A stretch of 63,030 nt of DNA, the filler included, from Octopus bimaculoides (taxonomy: Eukaryota), in assembly GCF_001194135.2 (NCBI RefSeq). It is 3 parts of 3 records of this genome, joined end to end, with 100 filler letters (N's around TTAATTAATTAA, not from the genome) between each part and the next. Parts side by side here need not be neighbours in the genome. Positions count along the whole stretch, not along the records: positions 28,203 to 59,144 come from NC_068995.1; positions 59,245 to 63,030 come from NC_069003.1; 1 more part is not named here. One strand, 5' to 3'. Under the pieces are notes generated by a model. That model saw only the letters and a program-made list of their open reading frames with translations. It did not search any database and was not told where the DNA came from. The stretch's first letter is position 1. Each line of letters begins with the position of its first letter. The translations under genes were made by a program, and so were the position numbers. This document shows positions 47,784 through 60,559 of this stretch, piece after piece.

Positions 47784-48006
47784 TGAGGGGGTGCTGAAAA
47801 GTTCCTGGCTTTAAAGGTATCACAAAAAGCCTGGTGGGAGGCCCAACCTTCCAAGTTCTTTTACAAGTCTTAGAAAAACTGAAGGAATGCTGCAATAAGG
47901 AATGCAAATGCAATTCGAGAGGAGAATATGTTGAATAAAATCATAATTAACTGATTCTCCTGTATTTTCTTTTACCCATAGCCAGGAACTTTTCAGCACT
48001 CCCTTG
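47784..48006. mobile_element. mariner-type MITE (~223 bp)
   Basis: TIR gagggggtgctgaaaagttcctggct / agccaggaacttttcagcactccctt; TA at the left end. Confidence 0.85.
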
Positions 48007-48229
48007 GTACATTTTAAAAGATATGCCAGAAGGTATGACATGTTGCTAAAAAGGTAGAAATATTCCAAATATTACTTGTATGATTGACACAATTTTACAA
48101 CAACAACAATAACCTAATTCCAGATAGACTTGTGTGCAAAATCTGTTCCACCATAAGGAAAAATGAACAGTGAAAACATAACTTGTGTTTTATGCTTTAT
48201 ATAATGTACAATAATACTTTGATATATGA

Positions 48230-48791
48230 GTTAATTTGTTCCCAGAAACTGCTTGTGAAATGAAAACTTGTAAAGCAGAGCAATAATTACTCGTAGTAGC
48301 AATGTTATAAATCGTAATTTGTTCTTAGAAAAATTTTTTACCTATGAAATTTATCATACTTGTAAATTAATAGCAATAAAACAACAGTGGAATGTAAAGA
48401 ATATTTTATGTAAAGTAAAAAGAATGTCAAGATCATTTATAATAAAAAATATTATTATTATAATCGTTTTCTGAATCACTTTCACTCACACTAGACTCAT
48501 GTACACCATTACTTGTAGACACAATTGCCGATTCACAAGCATTCATAGACAGACTTGTAGATCTCTTTTTAAAAAACAAGTCTAGAGTTGTCTGCTTAGA
48601 AGAAGCGTTTTTTCACTCTCTATAAATTTCTCAGTAACATGCAGAAGCATTTGTTATGGTAGTAGAAAGTTTTGCACTTCATTCAAAATTTGGATCTTGT
48701 GCTTGAAAAATTTCCAAGGCTTTATCCAAACATTGAAACTTGTAAATCTAGGGTCTCATAAAGCAGGTCCTTGTAAAGTGAGGTATTACTG
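48230..48791 (-). mobile_element. pogo/Tigger-type remnant
   Basis: ta|cagtaatacctcactttacaagg terminus; ALEIFQAQDPNFE*SAK...Y*EIY...KQTTLDLFF C-terminal pattern. Confidence 0.65.
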
Positions 48792-49329
48792 TATACATGT
48801 TTCAATAAGCTGATTACCATTATCATGTAAACTGGTTGGCTCTATTATGCAATACACTTCCTTAGCATTATCAGCAAAAATCCAGCTTACTGCCTTATTA
48901 ACAAAATTATAACATCAACAAATCAATGATAATAATAGTAACAACAATAATAATAGTAATAGCCAAACTTCAACAACAAGATTAGCCAGTGGTGTATAAC
49001 AAAAGGAGAAAATAAAAGATAGTGACTGTTGACAATTTTTTTGGCATTTAACTAAAGAAAATGCTATTTGGCAGACACAACAGAGGTTAGCAGGAAAGTC
49101 ATCAGCCAGAATTCCCCCTCCCCCTTCACATATACAAACCTCTAGCACATCATGCCATGTAGCAAACATAATCTTTCTGTGAATGAGAGAATTTACAATA
49201 ATAAAGCAGAGTAATATAATGGGGTTATCAGTAGGGTGGAGCATAGTGCTCATATTGGCTTTATTGCTGATACCAGCACTAAGTGAGTCCTTAGGGAGTA
49301 TAAGAGTAATTATGTTACAACTATGAAGT

Positions 49330-50330
49330 GTAGCAGGGACCCATGGACGATGTCACATCTTGTGGTAAGATTGTGACCTCAGGACACCTGTGAGACCATT
49401 GCAACAATCCCTCTGTCTGGGAGTATCACAACCCCTATGGGTTGACCAACCAGCCCTTTTCTGCAGTAACTCCAGAAGCACTAAAGGAAGTAGCATGAGA
49501 GGGGTAATGTATGGGTTGGCCCAGATTCTTGAGCAAAACTGAGCATGGAGAAAACCAAGGATGCATGACAAGTCTTCTGAGAAGTATAAGTAACCCAATG
49601 ACAGGAAGAGGTGGAGGGATTGTGCATAATATGGTTTAACCAACTCTTGTAATGTGAAAGCAAGTATCTTCAGAATTCTCTTCCAAACACTCAATACAGC
49701 TCCACCTCTAACAGATATCATAGTATTCTCAATAGGAATACAATTAAGTGGCCAAAATGAGTGGCCATTTAAGCTGCTTCTAATAGAGGCAAACTTATAA
49801 AATACAATGCTGACATTGCCTATGAGACCTCAGCAGGCAACTCCAGAGACATCCCAAAAGCAGACATCTCCAGCAAGTAAGCACACCATGGAGCCCACTC
49901 CAATGAAATTTATAGCAGTGGGAGGAGCCACAAAAATGGAGGATGTACAGGAGCCACAAAAATGGAGGATGTCCAGTGGAACTGGACCTACAAGCCAGGA
50001 TTGTGCTAGTCAAGCTGCTTCTTCACCCAATTCTACTACAAGTGGGGTTGACCTTAGACCATAGTTCCCCCATCCCTGAGAGGTAACTTCAGAACTCTTG
50101 TGGAATTCCTCTTGGGAGGACTCTGTCTCCAGACCACCATTGTGTATAAATGAGTGGTCATGACTCATAGTAGTTGTAGGTTTCATGCAGAAGCCACTAT
50201 GAATCTTGTGAAACATCATATCACTAAGCATAGACATTCTTTTTCCCAAACTGAGACTTAGGTTCTCTACATCACAAGCAGAATTTGTTCATAATATACC
50301 TGATAGTAAGTTTAAATATAGTTTGAAGTG
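49330..50330. mobile_element. Decayed non-LTR/PLE fragments
   Basis: Plus-strand IIWFN...RYHSILNRNTIK (PLE linker) at ~49620-49770; minus-strand MFHKIHSG (LINE C-terminus-like) at ~50200. Confidence 0.4.
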
Positions 50331-51028
50331 GTTGGTGGTGAGATGCAACAAGTCCTACCTGGCAGAGAGGTGTTCATGCAGGGGTTAGAAATTATATTTG
50401 CTAACAGTAACCACTTAATAAGATTAATGAGGTAGGTAGGTAGGTTTTGTGTCCAGAAGTTGCATGTGAATGTAAACAGCTGTATAAAGAAGTGATGATC
50501 ATTAAGAGTGGATGGCACCTGTAGAAGAGGGAGACCCAGGAAGACAGGATGAAGTGGTGAGGACTGATCTCAGGATGCTGGGCCTCATGGAAGAGATGAG
50601 GTTCTTGAGAAGACCTGCTCGCCTCAGTGAAACTGAGTTCTGGGTGTGCTGTGTGTTTCACCCACATGTAACAATAAAATTTTTCAAGCACCTTATCCCA
50701 ACAAACCAAACTACATTTCCTCTTCTCTTCCTTACATTTCCTCTTTTTCATGCACTTTGCTTTGTTTATCTCTTGCTCCTCAAACCTGTCTTCACTTCCC
50801 TGTTCACTGTATCATTGCTATCTTGTCCTCCATCTTCCCTATATACCCATGTTTCACCAGTCACTGCATTCCCCACCTCCACACTCTTTACTTTCATGTG
50901 AAGTCCCTACTCCCTACTCAGACACCACCCTTGGCAATACTCTACCATCTCATTTATATTCTAGTCCCCGTACCTCATGGGTGTGCCCTAGCATTTGTGA
51001 CCATATCTCTCCTGCTCTCTCACTCTCT

Positions 51029-51059
<31 letters not shown>

Positions 51060-51179
51060 ATTCTTGATTCTCCAGAAGCAATAAGTTACAAATGTAGAGC
51101 ATTTTTTAATACATTATAACTGAAACACTCTGATTTCCAACACTCAGAGTTACTTATTTCTGATCACCAGCTGGTAAAC

Positions 51180-51465
51180 CAAGCCTAGTAAGTGGATTTG
51201 GTTGACAGAAACTGAAAGAAGCCCATCATACATATAAATATATATGTGTATGTATGTATTTCTGTGTCTGTGTTTGTCCCCCCCCCACCATCACTTGATA
51301 ACCGATGTTGGTGTGTTTACATCTCTGTAACTTAGTGGTTTGGCAAAAGAGACCAATAGAATAAGTACTGGGCTTACAAAGAATAAGTTCTGGGGTTGAT
51401 TTGTTCAACTAAAGGCGGTGCTCCAGCATGGCTGCAGTCAAATGACTGAAAGAATAAAAAAATAA
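51180..51465 (+). mobile_element. SINE family A, 3' two-thirds
   Basis: gtggatttggttgacagaaactgaaagaagccc...ctaaaggcggtgctccagcatggctgcagtcaaatgactg. Confidence 0.85.
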
Positions 51466-51599
51466 GAACAACAGGTAAGATAATGGTGAGTGAATGCAGG
51501 TGTATAACATCCTGAAAATTAATGTATTTCTCACTTTCAATATTATTTGTAATAAAATGAAAGGAATATATGATAGTATTACTATCAAGCAACAAAATA

Positions 51600-52715
51600 T
51601 ACTTATGCCATATTTCTATTGTGAAACTGTCCAAAGTACTCTTTACACAAAGGCACTTTGCAAAATGAACACATATGAGGTCTCAACCTGATATCTTTAC
51701 GCAGTTTTTCTTTTTTGCAGTGAACACAGTCTGCAAACTTTTTTCCTTCCGTTTATTTTTTCCACTTTATGGAAATCAATATTTTCTCTGTTGGTATCCA
51801 CATCAGTTAATTTTGCTTTTCGCCCAGTTCTGTGCTTTCTGAAAGAAAAGGGAAAACCCTCACATAACTGAGATGTGATGTCAACCTGAAATTTCAAATG
51901 GTCACAGTTTTTTGGTGGTGGAGGTACCTTGTAGCTTTTTACATAAACAATATATGAAGTAACTATGCTGGACATATATGGATCACCATACTTTATATGA
52001 GGACTCCAATAGTTCCACAGTCAAGGAAGCTGCTTGATTCCAAACAATGTTTATAGTAAAAAAAACTCGCATTTCTGTAGTATCAGTTGGCTGCCATAGT
52101 GGATCAGGTCTTCCATGAATAGAAATTATGTGTTGAGCATATTTGTTTCCTTTGTGACAGTTTCAAAAATACTTTTCATTAAAAATAAAAATAAATAGCT
52201 TTGGGAGGTAGACTGTATTGTGGACTAGTCTTTTCTGTGAAATCGGGAATTGTGGTTGATGTAGTAATCTTCAACCATGTTGCCATAATGTTTTCAATAT
52301 CATTTTCATCACTTTCATTATCAAAATCTTCCTTGTCTGATGAAGATTCATAAATATCAATATCAGATTCATCTAAAGACAAATCACTGTTGTTTTCATT
52401 TATATTTTGTACATCATCAAGATTAAAACCTTCAAAGTTGGAATCACTACTTCCTGATGCCATATCATTAAAAACTAAGATATACACTTCTCTTCAAACA
52501 TTTAAAAGATGAAGAAGTCTCAATAATTTCACAGCATTTTTACTTGAATAAAGGCAGGAAAGGCTTTATTGCACATTATTTCAAAGCTACAAGAATTTAA
52601 TAATGTGACTTGTTTATTTTTTTAGTGATTTTATAGGGGAATTAGATTTGGCCAATTCAAACAAATAAAGGGAAATTATTTTCTGCTGGTTTTGGCTGGT
52701 CTGAACACTAAAAGG
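51600..52715 (-). mobile_element. piggyBac deletion derivative (acidic N-terminus joined to Cys-rich C-terminus)
   Basis: TTAA|CCTTTT terminus at 52715; MASGSSDSNFEGF...DESDID acidic N-terminus; HKVEKINGRKKVCRLCS...ETSY.CSFCKVPLCKEYF.QFH; the DDD catalytic core is absent. Confidence 0.8.
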
Positions 52716-53003
52716 TTAAATATCTTAAAACATTGATTTTGGTACAGTGCAAAACAGCTTCCAAGTTGAACGAACATTTAATATATCTACGCAAATCAGA
52801 TAAGTTGCATGTTTCCTCTGATAAAAGAAGGAATGTATATAGTGTAGGTATTACTACATACAAAAGGATTTTATCTAATAAAATAACAAATATCTATAAG
52901 AAATTTTGAAATGTGGCTATTGGTCCATTAATCTAGAAGCCAAAGAGTTAGTTCTCATGAATTGAAAATTAGCTGGTCTTTTGTAGATAGTGTGCAACCA
53001 TAC

Positions 53004-53144
53004 AGGAATCGCAGCTTCGAGTGAAAATTTGAGAATTTTGACTTGAGGCAGTAAGGGTTTGTACAAAAGAACTGAACTGTTAATGCCTTGTATGCATGCA
53101 GCTAAGTATCTTTTATGCAAATACAAGCCTTCTTGAATTTCATT
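53004..53144 (-). CDS. Candidate 141-nt phase 0/0 coding exon, host gene unidentified
   Basis: ttttttctgaatcag acceptor, CCT|gtatgg donor; NEIQEGLYLHKRYLAACIQGINSSVLLYKPLLPQVKILKFSLEAAIP; not repeat-like; the frame stays open 28 further codons. Confidence 0.45.
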
Positions 53145-53689
53145 CTGATTCAGAAAAAATGTTGATTTTGAAATGTTTAATTAATAGGCTTTATTTATAT
53201 ATTTTGATATCTTTGGGTGCATGTCTGTATGTGCATTTGTTTACATATACATATGTGTATTTGTATACATGAATATATAATTTTTGTGTATATGTGTGTG
53301 TGTGTATATGTATGTGTGTGCACTGGCATATACAAAATGAAAACCCATTTACACATTACTTTCAGAAACATTAATTAGAAGTATTATTTTGGAACATTGT
53401 TTAAACAGCAACACAATTTCATGACTTTGCTTGTATGGATTTACACTATTTATAATATCATCACAAGAACCAGAAATGAAATCAAAAGTGTAATCTTGAA
53501 GTAAATATGTTTGCCTTTGTTGGTTACAAAGGTTTTTAAGCAGAAGAACATAAGGATAAGTGTTTTCTTCAAACTTTCATTTCATATCTCAAGAAATATT
53601 CAGATATTGGACATTTCAAAAAAAAACAAAACAGGCTCAGTTTACTAGCTGATGATCAGAAACTAGTAACTTTGAGTACTGGAAATCAG

Positions 53690-53837
53690 AGGCTTGGCGT
53701 TAGGAAGAGCATCCAGCTGTAGAAACTCTGCCAAATCAGATTGGTGTAGCTATCTGGTTTCACCAGTCCTCAGTCAAATCGTCCAACCCATGCTAGCATA
53801 GAAAGCGGATGTTAAACGACGATGATGATGATGATGA
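53690..53837 (+). mobile_element. RTE-type 3'-tail repeat (family B)
   Basis: ttggcgttaggaagagcatccagctg...gttaaacgacgatgatgat. Confidence 0.85.
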
Positions 53838-53849
53838 TATATATATATA

Positions 53850-55295
53850 AAGGATGATCTGGACATGCTCAACCACCTCCCAAAAACAGTCAATGAGAAA
53901 ACACTGCTAGTATCCTTCAACATAGTCGACCTATATTTAAGCAGCCCCCACACTCTAGGAATAGAAGCCGTCACATTTTGGCTAGAACTACCCTCTCGCA
54001 TTAAAAAAGAACTCATAATAGAAGGACTAAGATTTGTCCTAGAAAACAATTATTTTATATTTAACAATGACTACTTCCGACAAAAATCAGGGACAGCAAT
54101 GGGAACACGGACTGCACCTTTTTTTGTGAACTAGGTAATGGGCTATCTCAAAATTAAACTATACCACAGAACACTCAAGAAATATGGAAACTCTTTTTCA
54201 ACCTACATTCAAAACAATTGGAAAAGATATCTCGATGACTGCTTCATCCTCTTGAATGAAAGTATAGAAAAACTTAACGAATTCCAAACACTTCTAAATG
54301 GAATAAATGAAAGCCTCCAATTTACAATAGAGTACAACCAGGAACAACTACCATTTTTAGATATCCTTATTAAGAAAGTTGGGAACAAAATAGAGACAGA
54401 TATCTATTACAAACCCTCAAACTCGAAACAGTACCTGCCATTTGATTCTTACCACCCGAGACATACCAGAATGAATATCCCATTTTGTTTAGCCAAAAGA
54501 ATATGTACAATAGTATCAGACGCAAACACCTGTTACACATGACTCCAGAAATTAAAAACCACACTCATCAATAGGAATTACCCACAACCCTTAATCAACA
54601 ATGCAATCCAACAAGTACTTAAATTAAATACACAAGAATTTAGACAACCAAGACCAAGGAAGGAAGAAAAATTGAAAACCCTGCCTTACATTTCCACACA
54701 CAACCCACATAACAATGAGGCCTTCAACACTATACTCCACAGCACAGCTCTACTCAAGAGAGACCCAAAGATGAATCAAATCTGCAAAACGTACACAATC
54801 ATCAAAAGTAAGAGACAACCAAAATCAATGAAAAAGATTTTAACCCAGGCCAAATTACACTCAACAATAACCACCAGGCCGACAGTAATAAAGTGCAGGA
54901 GACCCAACTGTGGGATCTGTATCAACATAATAGAAGAATCAGAATACCGATTAGAACAAGGTCATAATTTCACCATAAAACTAATTGTACATGTGCATCG
55001 GAGAACTTGATTTACTTAATTACATGCTCAGGATGCAAATGGCAATATATTGGACACACAAAAGACAGCCTACGTCAGAGGATGGTGGTGCACAAATCTC
55101 AAATTAGGATTCCAGAATACAGGAAAATACCTCTCAGCCAGCACATCAATGAATGTGCATCCAACAAATTTCCCAAATTCACAACATTTCCATTATACAA
55201 ATTCAAAGACAATGCTAGCCAACATGAATGCATTAGTAAGGAAATGCATTTCATAAGGAAGTACTGAGTTTAAATTCTTTACACTCGCAACACAG
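53850..55295 (+). mobile_element. 5'-truncated Penelope-like element, RT plus Cys-linker plus GIY-YIG (Neptune-like), pseudogenised
   Basis: LVSFNIVDLY; YFRQKSGTAMGTRTAP; WKRYLDDCF; LPFLDI; YKPSNSKQYLPFDSYHP; KCRRPNCGIC; IYLITCSGCKWQYIGHT..LRQRMVVHKS..SQH; two in-frame stops and a frameshift near 55000. Confidence 0.95.
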
Positions 55296-56242
55296 ACTTT
55301 TTTCATATATATGTGAATGCATATATATGTGTATGTATGTGTATATATGTACATATATATGTGTATAAATTATACAAGAATAAGGACAGGGAATCGCCAT
55401 CCATTTAGAGAAAAATTTGTAGTTTAGAATCAGTAGTTCTTTGACTGCTATTTCTAGATTTTCAGTATGTTGGAGAAACAACTCAATGCCAATCCCTGTA
55501 TATTTATGATGATAAATTATTTATATATGTGTATATATATATATATGTGTGTATATATATGTACATATATATATATATGTATGTTTGTGTGTGTGCATGT
55601 ATATATATATATATATATCAGTGGCGTACGGTGACTTCCGGGGTTGGGCATGCAATGAATTTCTCCCCCCACCCCACGGCAATTTTTCAGTAGATAAATT
55701 TTCGTATTCCTACAATTTACATATGGGAGATTCTGAATATGCAATCACCCCCGTATGACCTAGAATAAGCAGGGAATAAAAAATGGCTCTGTAAAGATGA
55801 GCCTGAAATAAGTGTATTGTTTGTATTTTTCTGTCTCTTCGAAACGTCAGTACTTTCCCATCCTCACTCTCCTTTAAAAAGTCTAAAAATCATAAGTGAA
55901 ATGTAATAAAGATGAAATTGGATTCTGTTAATATTTTTGCATATTCGGAGTCTTTGTTAAAGGTAGAAATCATAAAAAAATTTTTCACAAAATTCGTTTT
56001 TCAAAGGGGTGCGATTCTGCATTAGCCCCTATACCTATTGGTTGAGCTGAATCAATTTGAAATGATTTAATTAAGAGAACACATTTAGTTACATTATATG
56101 GCCATGCTTTAAGATCGTTACGCCCTGGAAGACAAGTCAGGTGTTTTATCATGCTACTTGTCAATTCTGGGAAAATTATCGATACTCAAGCAGACTGTTT
56201 TGAGACTTACTGAACTCCGTATATTAAAAGACTACGTCTCAG

Positions 56243-56320
56243 GCACACACATTGAAAATACACGCATATACATGAATACACACACATTGAAAATACACGC
56301 ATATACATGAATACACACAC
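56243..56320. repeat. Short perfect tandem duplication (~37-bp unit, two copies)
   Basis: cacacattgaaaatacacgcatatacatgaatacac repeated twice. Confidence 0.85.
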
Positions 56321-57649
56321 AATGGAAGACAGTGAAAATTCAACATTATAAAAAGCCCCCCAAAACTGTTGTGGCAGAAGTCAACATCTCTGAGATTGAA
56401 ACAAGACATTTACGGCCGTAAATAGACTACACCCAGCAGCACAGAAAGGAAAACCTATGTAGGTTAGGTTTGATGAAGAAGTCGAACCATTTCTCCTGCC
56501 AAACAATACTGATGTAAGATGGTCGAAACTTACATTATAACAANNNNNNNNNNNNNNNNNNNNNNNNNNNNNNNNNNNNNNNNNNNNNNNNNNNNNNNNN
56601 NNNNNNNNNNNNNNNNNNNNNNNNNNNNNNNNNNNNNNNNNNNNNNNNNNNNNNNNNNNNNNNNNNNNNNNNNNNNNNNNNNNNNNNNNNNNNNNNNNNN
56701 NNNNNNNNNNNNNNNNNNNNNNNNNNNNNNNNNNNNNNNNNNNNNNNNNNNNNNNNNNNNNNNNNNNNNNNNNNNNNNNNNNNNNNNNNNNNNNNNNNNN
56801 NNNNNNNNNNNNNNNNNNNNNNNNNNNNNNNNNNNNNNNNNNNNNNNNNNNNNNNNNNNNNNNNNNNNNNNNNNNNNNNNNNNNNNNNNNNNNNNNNNNN
56901 NNNNNNNNNNNNNNNNNNNNNNNNNNNNNNNNNNNNNNNNNNNNNNNNNNNNNNNNNNNNNNNNNNNNNNNNNNNNNNNNNNNNNNNNNNNNNNNNNNNN
57001 NNNNNNNNNNNNNNNNNTATCATGCTTTTATTTGGTCAACTACTGTACTGATAATTTTGTTACAATGCATTCTAATAATGTTGTTGAGGCTCAATAGATA
57101 TATTTTTGGATCTCTGAATTCCGATTCCTGCATCGACTCCATATTTTTCCCCTTAATATATCATAAAAGATTGAAAAATTATCAAGTTTGTTTTCGAGTA
57201 CAGTTCTAGTTTTATCTATTTGCTCTTTACTATGTCATGACTTTTACTCTGGATATTAAATAAGACGTCAGTAAAAGAAAAAATGTCACTGAATACTTCT
57301 AACAAAAATAAGAAATCACTGGTTTGACAGACCAGTGAAAATAGAAACTGTATCTAGATGACTTTTTTTGTCATATGTACTGATTAAATATACGAGTTCT
57401 TTGGTCACCCACCGTTTATAATTAAGTGTTTTCCCTCGAAGTCTCTTTTCGAAAAACTATTTCTCACATTTCACTCATTTGGAAAAAAGTAACACATGTG
57501 TAAGCATCTGTGTATATTGTAAGTAAATTTCAAAAAAAAAAAAAAAAAACGGAAAAATGACGTTAGTCAAATTAAATATTTTTGTTTTCAGAACACTCCA
57601 AAAATATAATAGTGCAAACAGATGTTCTGGATAAAAAATTCAAACTTAC

Positions 57650-57805
57650 CGCCAGGCTGTTCCAAGAATTATCGCTAATTATAGCAGTTCTTGAGAACTG
57701 CTCTAGTTCCGGTCAAAAAGTAGAACCAGCTAACAAAGAGGTAGAGAGGTGGGGGTCATGCTATTATCAGAAAGCATTACTTCCTATGATAAATTTGTGG
57801 AATCA
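57650..57805 (-). other. Candidate exon (5' UTR at 156 nt, or coding at 53 nt, 57650-57702, from an internal acceptor)
   Basis: Strong donor GCG|gtaagt; strong acceptor ccttcctctctctgtcag; the long form has stops in all frames. Confidence 0.35.
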
Positions 57806-58133
57806 CTGACAGAGAGAGGAAGGGGTACAAAATATATATGCTATCGGTCTTAGCATATCTTTTGACAAGTCACTAAGAGAGAGAGAGAGAGAGGGGGGGA
57901 AGGAAGGAAGAACAAACTAACATAGATAGGGAGTTAGGGAGTGTCTATATGCTGGATTTTCAATGCATACCTTCTCAAAGCTTTTACTAGTCACTGAGAG
58001 AGGGGAAGGGGAGACAGAATATTTCGAAAACTGGACGGATTATTTTTTGCAAGAAAGTAACTATTTTATCTAATTTTCCAATGATATAACAGGTCATGCG
58101 GTGCATAGCTAGCATGTCTGAGAGTGCACGCCA

Positions 58134-58174
<41 letters not shown>

Positions 58175-58475
58175 GAAATATTCAAACACTGAGATTTGAA
58201 GTTAGATGTCACTACTGTTCATATCATCTGTGGATAAATTCAAAAATTGATGATATCACCAGTAGTGGCATGGGTGGAACGCATGTTATAATAGCTTTAA
58301 AGAGCTATGAATTATAAATTTGCACGAAGCGTAAGGATGCTTAATGAGCATCTACCTGCTAGAAATAAGAGCTAAATCTTAAATAATCCACCGTAGCACA
58401 CCAATATAACAGAGGAAAACAGAAAGAATTAAAACATTTAACAGCACAAATAAAAATATTATGCAATTAGGGATA

Positions 58476-58531
58476 TCCACAAACCAGGTTTCGGCTTTTG
58501 GTTATTTAACCTTGAGCCTCATCAGTGTGGA
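58476..58531 (-). ncRNA. Intact-looking minimal type I hammerhead ribozyme
   Basis: TCCACA CTGATGA GGCT(caaggttaaataaccaaa)AGCC GAAAC CTG GTT TGTGGA: 6-bp stem I, canonical core, 4-bp stem II, very short stem III, GUU triplet. Confidence 0.8.
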
Positions 58532-59244
58532 CCACCAGTTTAAATCCGTGACTGTTCATGTTAGTCTCTGACTGTGCAACTGGTTTTGTTTTGCGCAAAA
58601 ATCAGAGCACATGGTGCGAAAAATATATATATAGTGTGTGTATGTATCTGCATGTATGTATGTGCATATATATGTATATGTGTGTATGGGTGAGTGTGTA
58701 TGGATGTATAGATGTGCAAGTTATGAGAAATAGAGACAAGGGGTCGAAGAACCCAATTTTTATTAAAACCCCAGGGGGAACAACTTCACTTCAACGACTA
58801 CTAGTATTATTACTGCTGCTAGTTATTCAACTGCTACAGCCTCTCCTATAGAAAACAAGTCTTGACCACACTATTTGATTTACCATAGCAAACAGATAGT
58901 AGTAACTTGCGGTCACAGACAGTTCAACTTGTCATGCCACAAAAATTACCATGTGTTCTTGTAGAAAAAAGGAAAATAAACTATGAATTTTAATTTTATT
59001 TTATTAATAGCTCTTTTTTTCTCTCTACATATTCCATTTTAGTATATATTTTTGATAAGGGTTTTCAAAAACCAAAACATGTAAAACAAAACCAAAGTAT
59101 TCTTCCTTTAATGTATTTATTTAAAGGAAAATGAAAATGTACCCNNNNNNNNNNNNNNNNNNNNNNNNNNNNNNNNNNNNNNNNNNNNTTAATTAATTAA
59201 NNNNNNNNNNNNNNNNNNNNNNNNNNNNNNNNNNNNNNNNNNNN

Positions 59245-59303
<59 letters not shown>

Positions 59304-59659
59304 AAGAGAGAGTGAGAGACAGAGATACAGACAGACAAACGGACAGAGATAGATAGATAGATATGTAAGGTAGAGAGGGAGAGAGCGAGAAAAAGTGTTA
59401 GAGTTAAATGGAACGCATGCAACGTGACAGTGATGGTAGGGTCTTTAGTTGGTTTAATTTATAATACACGAAAGTCAGCGAGCCTTGCAGAAGTTTGTTA
59501 TCCAGCGTGGTGAGAAGCAGTAGTTCTCACTACGGGAAAAAAACACGAAAATAGTCCAAATGCATGAACGCTGCTATATACACATAAAATACATATATAA
59601 ATCTATCCATCTGCGTATACTTTCATAGATAGATAATCTGTCTGTCTGTCTGTCTGTTT

Positions 59660-60180
59660 GTCTCTTTTTTTTACTCTTTTACTCTTTTACTTGTTTCAGT
59701 CNNNNNNNNNNNNNNNNNNNNNNNNNNNNNNNNNNNNNNNNNNNNNNNNNNNNNNNNNNNNNNNNNNNNNNNNNNNNNNNNNNNNNNNNNNNNNNNNNNN
59801 NNNNNNNNNNNNNNNNNNNNNNNNNNNNNNNNNNNNNNNNNNNNNNNNNNNNNNNNNNNNNNNNNNNNNNNNNNNNNNNNNNNNNNNNNNNNNNNNNNNN
59901 NNNNNNNNNNNNNNNNNNNNNNNNNNNNNNNNNNNNNNNNNNNNNNNNNNNNNNNNNNNNNNNNNNNNNNNNNNNNNNNNNNNNNNNNNNNNNNNNNNNN
60001 NNNNNNNNNNNNNNNNNNNNNNNNNNTATATGCGACGGGCTTCTTTCAGTTTCCGTCTACGAAATCCACCCACAAGTCTTTGGTCGGCCCTAGGCTAGAG
60101 TAGAAGACACTTGCCCAAGATGCCACGCGGTGGGACTGAACCCAGAACCATGTGCTACTTAGCAGCCAGCCACTCTTGCG
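59660..60180 (-). mobile_element. SINE family A spanning a gap, CpG-intact
   Basis: Tail at 59660-59701; head cgacgggcttctttcagtttccgtctacg...cacgcggtgggactgaaccc at 60033-60180. Confidence 0.85.
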
Positions 60181-60451
60181 CCTCTCTATCCTCTCTGTCT
60201 GTGCGCACGCGCGTTTGTGTGTGTCTATTTATATCTAATATATATGTGAACGATTTGAGGGTGAAAAAGATTTAGAAAGTGGAAGAAGTAGATATCTGCG
60301 AATTTTCTCAAACATAAACAAAACTTTCCCTGTGTCTCTCCTCCTCCCCTTACAGTTACTTCTCCCACCGTACCTCCTCCTTCTCTCTCATTCATACATT
60401 AGTCCCCTTCAATAATTCTCCTATTCATCTGTCTCACACTCCTTCTTTCTT

Positions 60452-60498
<47 letters not shown>

Positions 60499-60559
60499 TT
60501 CTCCCATTCGCCTTTTCTAATTCTCGTTTCTATTTTCATTCTTTCTCTCTCTCTCAACC

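Noticed and set aside
49807-50064. 85-aa Ser/Thr/Pro-rich ORF
   Set aside because: Embedded among decayed retroelement fragments, with no splice signals or recognisable domain.
55370-55500. Possible inverted pLTR after the PLE ORF (CTGAAAATCTAGAAATAGCAGTC on the minus strand)
   Set aside because: Hammerhead core and stems cannot be assembled from the sequence as it stands.
57582-57809. 75-aa plus-strand ORF with a ttttcag acceptor
   Set aside because: Donor is weak; the minus strand has the stronger splice pair. Cannot be excluded without RNA data.
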